64,000 nucleotides of DNA from Octopus sinensis (lineage: Eukaryota), in NCBI RefSeq assembly GCF_006345805.1, contig NC_043010.1:49104001-49168000 (forward strand), in the 5' to 3' direction. Under the pieces are notes generated by a model, which was given only the letters and a program-made list of their open reading frames with translations, was not told the origin of the DNA and did not search any database. Shown here in pieces: positions 1-11,443 of the stretch. The position numbers were made by a program, and so were the translations under genes. Every line of letters starts with the position of its first letter. Positions within the stretch are counted from its first letter, which is position 1.

Positions 1-191
1 TAACATAGATGCAAATAAATCAAGACAGAGTTTAAGAATTCTTTGACAAATTTAAGAAACAGAAAATTATATAAATATATTCATTACTAATGGCAGGAAT
101 TTTTGCAACAAATTTTTCTCATGATCTTCCTCTTTTCTGACAATAATAATAATTTATATATATGGTTATTATTATTATCATCATCATCATC

Positions 192-605
192 AAGACAGTG
201 AGCTGGTAGAGTCATTAGCACAACAGACAAGATACTTTGAGGCATTCCTTCCAGCTTTATGTTCCGAGTTCAGATGTCACCAAAGGCTGACTTTGCCTTT
301 CATCCTTTCAGAGTTGATAAACTACCAGTTGAGCACTGGAGGCCGATGTAATCAATTAGACCCTTCCCCCAAATTTCAGGCCTTGTGTCTATAGTAGAAA
401 AGATTTATTACTATTAAGGCAGTCATTAGCATGCTAGACAAAATGATTTGCAGTATTCCTTCTAGCTTTTACATTACTCCAAATTCAACTGAGATTGACT
501 TTGTGAGGGTTCATAAAATAAGTACCAGTCAAGCACTAGGGTTAAGGTAATTGACTTCCCCACCCCTCAAAATTGATGGCCTTTTGCCAATAACAGAACT
601 ATTAT
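192..605 (+). mobile_element. SINE family C (tRNA-like head, ~220 bp), two head-to-tail copies
   Basis: gtgagctgg.aga.tc.ttagc head, gagttca B-box-like motif, gactttgcctttcatcctttc core, ATT-rich tail; same sequence recurs more than 10 times in the window. Confidence 0.75.
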
Positions 606-1879
606 CTGTAACATTGTCCTTTCATTAAATGTGGTTGGTACCAAACAGAGACATCACTATTTGACTGCTATTTTATTATCCCACTCCAACATTTGAATTC
701 AAAATGAAAAGGAACTACAAAGTACTTCAATGCCTGCCACAACATCACCCTTATTCAGCATCTGTTTTTCTATGCTTCCACAGGTCTTCTCCAACACAGT
801 ATCTCGCTACCAGCAGTGTCTTGCAGCCTCTTTCATACGATTCAGCATCCAGATAACAGCCCTCATCACCCCTATTTATATATATAATTTCATTTGGATG
901 AAGGAAGGCAGTTCTATGACCTTTAAGAGATCCTCCTGGATTGGTGAGAAAATTCTGAACACAAAAAAGACAAATATGGTGAAACATTTTGCTCAGGTTT
1001 CAACTGTTTCTACCAATTTGCTATGTTGCTTATCTATTTAGTCATGAAGCCAGAGATTTTAAGAGATAAAGGGAATTGCTTGTTAGCAGCAGAAGCTTTA
1101 ATGAATAGGGAATTCAAGTGAGAACTGAACTAAGCCCTGAACTTGATTTACTAGGAGCTTCTACCTGACTTAGTAGGATTATAATCACATGCAAAGTGAA
1201 TGAAGCAAAGAGGCTGGCATGCAAAGTGAAAGAAGAAATAAAATAATTCTTTCAATTAAACTGTATGAGGGAATCCTGGACTCTTCAACATCATGATAGA
1301 CAATCTTTGATAGAAGCGACAGAGCGTTTAGCAGGACAGTTTAGTGCTGATCTCAAGGATTTTAAGAAAATAACACTCCTGTTACATATATTGGTGGGGA
1401 AGAATGTTTAATAGATCAAAATAAAATGATTTATAAGTGTCTTTTAACCCTACAGAATTCCCTGTTGAAAAATTTTGTTTACACAAATGCATATTTAGTT
1501 GAAAAAAACAAAGGAGTCTCTACACATTCGACCTGCTGGAGATAGTAGTCACATCACACCCAGCTATCTTAAATGAGGAAGGACATACTGAACAATATGG
1601 TTTTGGATGCCCTATGGCTGAATAAAAGGAATGCTATTGATCATAAGTATGCTCAATCAAGAATGTCCTGGGACTTTAACACCAATAATATACTTGATTT
1701 CACAGATAAAAATGAATCCTATGAGAAATTAAAGCAGTTTTTTAATGCAAGCAATAACTTGTAAAATTTTGGGACTGCACTTTTTTTTTAATTAATTTCA
1801 ATAGGATGACAAACAGATGACTATAAAAAATAAAGTAAAAAGTGCAAACAGCACAGAAATATATAGGGGGGTGGGGGTG

Positions 1880-3976
1880 GAAATAAACTTTGAGTGTTCT
1901 TTTATTTCAAAATCTGTTTTTATTTTTGTTTCACTTTGCTTACAAAGTTAAAAGAATTAAAAAAGAGTAAAATATAAAAAAAAAAAAGTATTAACTGCAA
2001 AACAAGAGCAGGTAAGATGAGGGGTTGGATGTCGGTGGGTTATAAATTACAAAATAACAGATTTAAAGAATGCAGATTTATTTGAAAAGTAGCTGAAGGT
2101 TTCTAAAATACCAGGATTTGTTGGGAAGAAATAGTTTGTTGTGTCTCGTCTTTTCACAAAATTCACAACTGATCCAACAACAATACTGCTGCTGGAACTT
2201 AAACTTTTCAAATAACGAAGTAATAAACCTTAGACAACATTCTTATGTCTTCATTGCATAATATTTGACTCTTTCAAATCCAAACCTGCTGAAAGAATCA
2301 AAAATACTGCAAAGAAAAAAAAAAGTTAGATCCTAACCTGCTTCAAAGGTTTTGGCCATCATTTTGTCTGACAGGAGATAGCTACCCACACAAAATATCT
2401 CTGCATGATTCTTCAATCTCATCTGTGCGGGAATTTGATCTCGAATCTAAACCAGACTACTTATTCACATGTCTTTCTTGGTCAAACTCCATCTATCCAC
2501 TACCTCATGTCACATTATCACTCCACACATGTTTAAGAGTCCAGTACAAAACATGCTTGGTTCAGATATGACTTCACATACATAATTATCTCATTTAGTA
2601 TAACAATGGTTGTTGCTAAAATTACTTTTAACTTCTCAGAACAAAAAGACACCAAGAGAGAGAGAGAGAGAGAAAGGAGTAAACAAATAAGGAATTAACT
2701 CAATGATAGATGTGTCCTTTATTATAAGTTTAATTTTGGGGAAAAACTTTATGGGACAGGGAAATATGTTATATTCAACACTCCCACTTTATACACACGC
2801 ACATATATATACACACATAATTATTGTATGTACATATATACATATAGATAGATATCTTTGTTAGTAGACTAAAACATGTTTATAGCATTATTTTGTTGCT
2901 TTGAAAAAAGCAAAGAGATAAACAAACTCTAGTATTGGTAAGATCAAACTGGAAATCCATCTTTTAGTTTTGGTGTCTTTGATGAAAAGAGATCTCTAAG
3001 CATTGGAGAAATTACCTGTGTACCCCACCACCATTACCAGTGCCTTATCATCAACGTACCCGCTTCTTAAATCTCACATTTGTCCAATTATTTCTTAAGA
3101 GCCATTTAACTAAATTTGCAAAGTAAAAAGATTAATTTCGTAAAACGAGCAGTAATAATTATAATAGAAAAAGATTTTGTTTCATTTCTTTTACAGAACG
3201 TAAACAATAAAAAAATAATGAGTTGGAGTTTAAAATAAAAAATACAAAAACAAAAATCTGAACTGCAAACAGTTATAGGAGACATCACAGTTGTGGTATT
3301 GGTTTGGGGATAAAATAAATCCCATATTTTCCACTGGTCAGGTGAAATATTGCTAATATATGTTTTTAAACATACAAAAAAATAGATGCAGCTTCATTAT
3401 ATATGATTTTTTTTTCTTTTTACTTGTCTTTTTTTTTCCCAAATTTCTTTCATAAGACAAAATTCTATTAACAAAATGTAATTACGCTCTTACATGAATT
3501 TTTTGAGAAATAACATAAAAAAAAACCAAAAAATCAGGAAAGGAGAGAATGCTTTTTATCAAGTTTTCAGCTTGAGGTGTCCAAGGAATTAGTTTTGCAA
3601 TGAAGGTGCCGTAGACCTTACAAGGAACACCCAACAAGAGGGGCCCTCCCCGCCACCACCAAACACGTTCTTGTGCTACCAATTAGTGTGGGGAAGGGAT
3701 AAGGAAAGAAGAAAAAAGTCGGTACATTCTGACTTGAATTGCACACTGTCTTTATGCCAGGGCGAGGAAATTCAGAGTTAATCCAGTCAGCATCTTTATC
3801 CCGAGCTCCCCTCCATTCACACTGTCGTGTCGTGATGGAGTAGCTAAAAGTTAACGCTCAACATCAGAACCAGTTGGACAACAATGGAAGGACCATCTGC
3901 TTTTGGGAGAAAACAGAGAACCAACTGATAAAGTTCATCCTGATAAGCTAATTGGATCACTTTGGAGATCAAGTGC
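1880..3976 (-). other. Probable LST2 3' UTR (~2.1 kb)
   Basis: SINE-free stretch, U-rich on the minus strand, directly after the stop. AATAAA on the minus strand at 1901-1906 is followed by U/GU-rich sequence (plus-strand 1820-1860). End point is inferred only. Confidence 0.45.
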
Positions 3977-4102
3977 TCACTCTTCTTGCACGGTGAAATG
4001 CGTCACTTGAAATACAAAACAATGATTGCAGACACGCACTGGCTTCACATGTCCATACTGCGGCAATGGAACAGAGTTAGCTGAGCATCGAGAACAAAAT
4101 AC
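3977..4102 (-). CDS. ZFYVE28: LST2 last coding exon, FYVE C-half: [41 protein letters not shown]
   Basis: FC..CS and RVC..C FYVE motifs; acceptor atctttccag; TGA at 3979-3977. Confidence 0.96.
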   Translation of the reverse strand, partial: VFCSRCSANSVPLPQYGHVKPVRVCNHCFVFQVTHFTVQEE

Positions 4103-4613
4103 CTGGAAAGATAAGAGAGAGAGAGAAAGGAATCAGATAAGCTACCTTCAATTTAAAGTACACTTATTTTTTTGTTGTCGTCATAATTTAACACAATTTT
4201 CCATGCTTGCATGGGTCAGATGGAATTTATTGAAGCATATTTTCTACAGCTGAATGCCCTTTCTGTCACCAACTCTCATTTGTTTACAAGCAAAGTAGTG
4301 TTTTCCCATAGAGAGATGTTTCTAAGCAGAAAAAAAATTTACACAAAAATTTGGATTTAAACCCCATTTCCAAAAACAACACATTCTAAATTATTGCAAC
4401 ACTGCAGCCTGCTGGCAAGAATAGCTAAGACACTACTAAATAGATTTGCACAAGTGTTCTGTTACGAGGTAATTTTTGACATCAACTATTCTAATTAAGT
4501 CTTATTTCAGTTTAAGATATTTTTTTTATTCTTATCAATTTAAATGCTATGAGTTGAAATAATGAAATGAAAAAAAAAAAAAAGGAAGATCCATAGTAAA
4601 ATTCAATGTTTAC

Positions 4614-4717
4614 CTTGCCACAGTTTCTACAATGATGTCGTCTCTTCACGAAGGTGAAGGGGGCTTTGCAGGAAGAACAGTGGGGACACTGTTCATCTGG
4701 AACCCAAGGAGGTGGTT
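4614..4717 (-). CDS. ZFYVE28: LST2 exon (104 nt, phase 1-0), FYVE N-half: [34 protein letters not shown]
   Basis: WxxD and R(R/K)HHCR FYVE signatures; acceptor tttatttgcag, donor GTAAAC. Confidence 0.96.
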
Positions 4718-5597
4718 CTGCAAATAAAGGAATGACATAAGTTTCAGTTCTATTTCAAGCAGTTAGCAAAGGAAAAGTAAGTTTCACATTAAAGAAAAAA
4801 CAAAACTAATATTCAGTTCCCCACTTCTTTTTCTATTCTTTTATTAAATAGTTCCATGGCAGTTTCCAGGTTTAATTGATGCTTTCAGAATCTTATATCA
4901 ACCTTCCTGATCATGTTGAAATATTACACATCTTTAATAATTTTGTTTAAAAAAAGTGGTATATCTGTTTTGCTTAGAAGCCCATTCATACTCTTTGCAT
5001 TTTGATTCATAGTTGTAAGCCCTGACCATTCAGTTACTATGCTTAAGTGAGATTTTTTAGTTAAGACAATTGTAAAAAATGTTAGCCAACATGGCTAATT
5101 ATTAGAACAACAAAATACACTAAGTAAAAGATCCATTGTTTCTGCTATTAGAAAAATTAAATGGTATGCTCAGTTCAGTTAAAAATAAGACTGGTTTAAA
5201 TTGCTGATGCAAAATCTTTTCCATGTGTTTGCATGAATCAGATGGAATTTGTTGAGGCAGATTTTCTATGACCTCATGCCCTTTCTGTTGCCAACCCTCA
5301 CCTGTTTTCAAGTAATGTTGTTTTTTCACATGTCACTGGCACAAGTGTCAGTAAGGCAATGCTGGTAATGATCACCTTCGAATGGTGCATTTTACATGCC
5401 ACCGGCACGGGTGCCAGTCAGCGTCCCTGGCAACGATCACTCTCGGATGGTGCTCTTAGCGCTCCACTATGACAAACTTATGAAAATGTTTTGGACTGGG
5501 AAGGGGTTAAAAAGACATGATGATATCTGTTTTTCCTTTGCTGACTGACCAGACTGACCGACAAATAATGATTGATCTGGGTGGATAGAAAGCTTAC

Positions 5598-5888
5598 CTT
5601 GGAATGACCTTGAGCGTGCATACTGTTCAAGATGTTGATCATCATCACTGCTGGCACTACGAGCTAATAATGGAGGAGATGGCGAACCCGTTGAGCCAGA
5701 AGCAGCAATGTGATGAGGTACACCCACACTTCCCATTGCGTGACTGGAGCTGGCTGTGTAAAGTTGAGAGCCACTCTCGATAGCATTGTCAGCCATTACT
5801 AAAGGTTCTGAACAGTTAATATCAAAAACTGCCTTAAGTATACTGCGTAGATCACTGGCAAAATTGGTCTGCAATTGATCAGCCACAC
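5598..5888 (-). CDS. ZFYVE28: LST2 exon (291 nt, phase 1-1): VADQLQTNFASDLRSILKAVF...YARSRSFQ(E)
   Basis: VADQLQTN(Y/F)ASDLRSILK motif; acceptor ctctttctag, donor GTAAGC. Confidence 0.93.
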
Positions 5889-6947
5889 CTAGAAAGAGAG
5901 AGAAATCAAATGTGATGTTGTGGATACTGAAACAAACTTGATCAAACGTTTTTGAACCGATACTAAATTATTTTCCCTTGGAACCATGAACTAAAGAAAA
6001 CTGATTCATAATTCCTAATTCACTGAGTTTCCAAATATCAAGGATGCCAGTTTTCACCCCTATATTACCAGCCCTAAGAGATCCTCTCATATAGGCATTT
6101 GGTGGATAAAAGCACAGACATAGACCCTAGAAAACAACTGTTAAATTGTTTGTAAATTAATTCTAACCTCAGATGAAAGTTATCTCTGCTAACCTTACTG
6201 TGTGTCTGCACGGTGAAAGTAAAAATGTAGACCTTAAAAAGCACTGGCGATGGTACCATGTAGTCTGTTCATCAATTTATGTGGCACCAGCATTAAGCCA
6301 CTAACAAAAATATTTCTGGTAAACTATGAGAAAGTGTTGAGATATAGTCTCTGTTTGTATCAGTTTTTATCTCTAAAATTTGAGATGCGTCTTCAAATTT
6401 AGGAGTGTCCTCAATATTGGGAAATATAATAATTCTAATTAAAATTTCAGAGTAGTCTTTATCATTCCTTTCCTCATTTTTCTTTTCACCAGAATTAGCC
6501 ATTTAGAAATAATTCTCATCACTAAAGATGTAATTTTAATTAATGTTTCTTGGTTTACTGCATCAAATAAACCAACAGCAATTTTACTATTTACTTTGCT
6601 ATTAAGTCCTCAAGTGTAAGTTATCTTTGGGTATTTTTCCAACATTTTTTTAATTAACCCTCCACCACCGAGTAACAGTGGCAGAGAAATGGGGGAGGGG
6701 GACCAACTCCATGATGGTGTAAATATGTATTAAATTAAATTCACTGAATTAAATTTGAACAAATCAAGTAGCATATGAAAAGAGTTTTGCTTTAATCACA
6801 CAAAGGAGACATGGATTCTCCAAGCTTCAGTTAAAGCAACTCATCTAGAAGAGCAGAAACTAAATTTAAAAACTGATGTAGTATAAAAAGAAGGGGGCAC
6901 TTTAGTCTCGGCATGAGAGACTCTAGTGCTAGTGAAAGAATAAAATA

Positions 6948-7650
6948 TTGGGTCATCCCATAAATAATGCAGTTTTTTCAATTGCATGAACTAAAAGTCG
7001 AAGGGGGACAGGATAAACTACCTGCATCAACTTGCTATAAATACCAAGAGTAATTTTATCCACTTATTCTTAGTGCAAGTTTTGAAGAGTGCAGTTCAAT
7101 TTTAACAAACGGAAAGTGTGAGGAATATTAATGCAGTCTTTGGGGATCAGACAATAAACATAAACCAGTGTCAATGGTGGTTTCAGAAATTCCGAGCTGG
7201 AAACTACAGCCTAGAAGACAAGCTTTGTCCTGGAAGATCTGTAGAGCTCAACGTGGACATCCTGCAAACCCTGGTGGAACAAAATCTCATCATAACTGTT
7301 GAGGAACTAGCAGAGAAGCTTGGATTTGGTCATTCAACCATTCATCGACACCTGCATGCCATCAGAAAAGTCAGCAAATTGGGTCAATGGGTTCCTCACA
7401 AACTTTCCGAGAGAGTGAATGTGTGCTCTTCTTTGTCGGCACATCTCATTAATGAACCTTTTTTGGACCGAATAGTGACTGGTGATGAGAAATGGGTTCC
7501 CTATAAAAATGTCAAGTGCCAAAGACATTGGGTAAGGAAAGAAGAAACACTGGCACCCAGGCTAAAGAAGGTCTTTACCCACATAAGATGTTGTTATCAG
7601 TTTGGTGGGATATGAAAGGTTTAGTCCACTTTGAACTTATAAACTCAAAA
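6948..7650 (+). mobile_element. Mariner transposon fragment: left TIR and partial, non-functional transposase (ORF 7118..7615)
   Basis: TA followed by ttgggtcatcccataaataatgc TIR. Protein has WFQKFRAGNYSLED..PGR (HTH region), IVTGDEKWVPYKN (first catalytic D) and, after a frameshift, WDMKGLVHFEL. N-terminus is deleted, and the HDNA/YSPDLAP motifs and right TIR are absent. Confidence 0.9.
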
Positions 7651-7662
7651 ATATTCACTCAC

Positions 7663-7823
7663 CTGATATGCATACAAAAAGTCGATGAATGAGATCACTA
7701 CTGTTTTGAAAGCGTGAACGAGCTTCATTTCGTGAAGCTAGTTCAGCAGCTTGGATAGCAAGTGCTATCTCTTCATCATCATGGCAATCAGAATTATACG
7801 AACTTGTTTCACTACTGGCACAA
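7663..7823 (-). CDS. ZFYVE28: LST2 exon (161 nt, phase 2-1): [53 protein letters not shown](G)
   Basis: [12 protein letters not shown] motif of LST2; acceptor aatctttcag, donor GTGAGT. Confidence 0.95.
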
Positions 7824-8496
7824 CTGAAAGATTAGAAAGAGAAACAAAGGCATTTTTAAAAGTACTGAACTTAAAAATCCTATTACAGTCATTCTTTAAG
7901 ATAAAGTGTTCCGATGCAAGGTTATTTCTAAACTAAAAATAAATGAAGTCTAGTCTTCTCATATAATCATCTACTCACCTCTGGCTCTGTCATACAAAAC
8001 CTATTTTAAAGTGTTCCTATTTGAATTAAAACCTTCTGACAAAATGTTATTTACGAAACTTTCGTTAAATTACATTTGAAAAAAACCAGTTTCATATTCT
8101 TTTTGTTTTTTATTCTTTTATTTGTTTCAGTCATTTCACTGTGGCCATGCCTACACATTGTTAAATGACTTCCTTTTGAAATTCTCCCTGAAGATATACC
8201 CAATTCACTGGTTTTGAATATGGAATTTTATTTCTGAAATTAAAGAATTGGGTATGGAAACAGCTGTAGGTAGGAGTTTCTATGTATGAATTTCAATGTC
8301 TTTAAATATAAACAATAAGTACGTAAATTTTCATCCATTTTCTTCTTTTTCTTATCTAAAAAGGTTTATCTAAATACCTATACATTTTCGTGATAAACTA
8401 ATATACTTGGTTTTCTCTGAACACTGGTATAAACTGGTGAACTAGGATGCTTGCATCCTTTAAGGGAGTTTAATTCCTTGACTAATTAAATGAAAT

Positions 8497-8534
<38 letters not shown>

Positions 8535-8539
<5 letters not shown>

Positions 8540-8660
8540 TATTGGTATATATTTTATCGAATATTTTATTTTTTTCTATATGGTATAATTTAATTATATC
8601 ATTGTTATTTCATTGTTGAATTGATAAAAGGTGGTTCTTCTCTAATTTATATACATATAT
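8535..8660 (+). repeat. AT-rich interspersed repeat, second copy at ~25285-25420, unclassified
   Basis: ttttttctatatg.tataatttaattatatcatt.ttattt.cattgttgaattgataaaagg.tggttctt.ctaatttatatacatata is present at both loci. Confidence 0.7.
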
Positions 8661-9016
8661 TATATATTGTGAAATTTGATTTAGTATTATTAAATTGAAT
8701 TTTTCCCTGTAAGTTTGGAATAATATTCCCTAATGTTATTATTATCATTATTATTATTATACACACACACGAGAGACCTCAATTTTGTTTCTGTCTTCCA
8801 AATCCATTCACAAGGCTTTGGTCAGCTTGAGGCCTTAACTGAAGGTGCTATGCAAATGGAACTGAACCTGTAACAGTGTGGATGGGAAGCAAACTACTAT
8901 CACACAACATGCTAGCATATTTATTTTTGTTTCACTAAAAATATATATGTCACAAGCACACATCACATTATCATAACTAAGCAAATATTTTTTTCTGAAG
9001 AACAAGAAAATGATTT

Positions 9017-9372
9017 CATCATCATCATCGTTTAACGTCCGTTCTCCATGCTAGCATGGGTTGGACGGTTTGACCGGGGATCTGGGAAGCCAGAAGGCTG
9101 CACCAGGCTCCAGTCTTATCTGGCAATGTTTCTACAGCTGGATGCCCTACCTAACGCCAACCACTCCGTGAGTGTAGTGGGTGCTTTTTACGTGCCACCT
9201 GCACAGGTGCCAGGCGAGGCTGGCAACGGCCATGGTCGGATTGGTGTATTTTACGTGCCACCGGCACGGAAGCCAGTCGAGGCGGCGCTGGCATCGGCCA
9301 CAAGTCGGATAGTGCTTTTTACATACCACCAGACCAGGGATCCTGGCTGGTTCAATTCGATTTCGATTTCGC
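9017..9372 (-). mobile_element. Retroposon family B (hairpin-unit array + ggaagggcatccagctgtagaaac tail + (GAT)n)
   Basis: Reverse complement of the 55585 copy; about 3 array units; begins at a GAAATCGAAATCG motif. Confidence 0.8.
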
Positions 9373-9690
9373 TTATCGGCCACGATATATAATCAAGACA
9401 GCTGCTTCCAGTTGTAGACACAGGCAAATAATTGAAGTTGTGAATGCTGAAATAGACTATCATTGCAAATGACTTCAGTCTTGCAGTAGACATTAATATT
9501 ATATGGTAAGACGCCATGAAGTAAAAGAAACTAAGTCTTTAAGCATGGTCATGAGTTTGGTTAGACTTTGCACAACAGCAAACTTCTATACAGTTCTCTT
9601 TCACATGTATCTGCTATCTGTGCAGGTTCAAACTTCACAAAGTAAGATCGGTCTTGTCCAATTGCTTCTCAAATTTATTTCAGCAGAAAA

Positions 9691-9936
9691 GCAAAAAGCA
9701 CCAACTGATCGTGGCTGTTTGCCAGCCTCCTCTGGCCCCTGTGCCAGTGGCACGTAAAAAGCACCCACTACATTCACGGAGTGGTTGGCGTCAGGGAAGG
9801 GCATCCAGTTGTAGAGACACTGCCAGATCAGGCTAGAGCCTGACACAGCTGCCTGGCTTCCCAGACTCCAGTCGAACTGTGCAACCCATGCTAGCATGGA
9901 AAACGGATGTTAAACAATGATGATGATGATGATGAT
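9691..9936 (+). mobile_element. Family B copy, inverted relative to the 9017 copy
   Basis: gtggcacgtaaaaagcacccactac...ggaagggcatcc...catgctagcatggaaaacggatgttaaac(gat)n. Confidence 0.8.
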
Positions 9937-10758
9937 CCAAATATCTCCAGTTCATTCTCATAACAATATTTTTTTTCTTTTTGTCAGCTCTGCCTGTGTC
10001 ATCATATTACCATGTTTTCTATTCAACAGCAAAGGCAACTAACATCCAGTTATTTTCTCAAGTTCACTTGCAGTTTCTCTCAAGTTTCACATTCAAACTC
10101 AGTATAACATTACAATGTGCAATACACAAACCACCAGGATGCAATCAACGTTCACACACTACATCAGTTGGAGAATAGGAGAAAGTGAGAACTTTACATT
10201 TTATTTGCTTCGAGTTGCTAGACTGCTGCCATGCAAGAGCACCATCTTGAAGGGCTTAGGTAAAAAAAAAAAATTGACCCCTCCTCCACTAATTTTATTA
10301 GTTTCTTTTGCTGAACTGCTAATTTTACAAGGATGTAAACAAACCAACACTAGCTATTAAGCAGTGGGGACAAAAACACACACACACACATGCGTGGCAG
10401 CTTCAACACATTTTCCATCTACCAAATTCACTCACAAGGCATTGATTGGCAAGGGACTGTAATAGCCCAAGGTGCCATGCAGTGGGACTGAACCCAAAAC
10501 CAAAGAGTTACAAAGTGAGAAATTTTTTTTAAATATATATTTCTTGATATTAGTATGGTTTCATGCAGAACAAGAAAATAATACTTCCTGAATCTGGAGG
10601 AAGTGACTAAGCCCATGACCCTTGCAGTTCCTCTGAGATTAGTGAAATTGATGCAGTGAATGTTGTGTTTAATTTGTTGTACATCAATGCTTGCAGGAAA
10701 GACATGAGTGGGGAGGAAATTCCAGATGGATGATGTTTTGGGCGAAGAAGGATTTGGT

Positions 10759-10854
10759 GTGGCACCTTGGGTAAGTGTCTTATACTATAGCCTTGGGCTG
10801 ACCAAAGCCTTGTGAGTGGATTTGGTAGACGGAAACTGAAAGAAGCCCGTCGTG

Positions 10855-10885
<31 letters not shown>

Positions 10886-11103
10886 GTATATGTTTGTGTG
10901 TCTGTGTTTGTCCCCTCAACATCGCTTGACAACTGATGCTGGTGTGTTTACATCCCCCGTAACTTAGCGGTTCAGCAAAAGAGACCGATAGAGTAAGTAC
11001 TAGGCTTACAAAGAATAAGTCCTGGGGTCGATTTGCTCAACTAAAAGTGGTGCTCCAGCATGGTCACAGTCAAATGACTGAAACAAGTGAAAGAGTAAAG
11101 AGT
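10759..11103 (+). mobile_element. SINE family A (tRNA head + internal microsatellite + second module), 5'-truncated
   Basis: Near-identical to the copies at 31885, 50066 and 54806; ends gactgaaacaagtgaaagagtaaagag. Confidence 0.8.
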
Positions 11104-11443
11104 ATAGACAAAAAAAAATTGTTACACAGTAGCAATGTAAGCCTAAATATACTACGACAGGAAAACAGATAGGTTGATTGAAGACAGATGCTTTTGAGTG
11201 GAGGTCTAACCTGGTTTTAAACAAGAACAATACATGCCTAAGTCTGCATAGCTGTACCTAAGTGCCACTGTTACCTCACAGATATTAAAAAAAAAAAAGA
11301 CACAGACATGTAAAAAAACAGTCATCCCAATAATATATGTAATCAGTTGAAACTGAGAATTTAATATTTGGATATAATTAAAGCAGTTAAAACAGCAAAA
11401 GAAAATATATACGTAAAAAAATAAAACAAAGGTAGCAACTAAC

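Noticed and set aside
8620-8650. ttgataaaagg...ccct as a decayed hammerhead (also at ~25371); CTGATGA at 24040 and 36340
   Set aside because: Both copies share the non-canonical bases and lack GAAA. The other CTGATGA hits have no GAAA box or stems.
9250-9300. HDV-like ribozyme resemblance (GCCGCC ... GGC-TTCCGT-GCC-GGTGGC on the minus strand)
   Set aside because: P1/P3/L3-like parts can be drawn, but I could not find P1.1, P2 or a J4/2 catalytic strand in the right order.
9048-9897. Recurring ORFs with LQLDALPNANHS / GAFYVPPA peptides (also at 22558, 30561, 36178, 39539, 55648)
   Set aside because: They are translations of family B repeat copies with inconsistent frames and stops, not a gene family.
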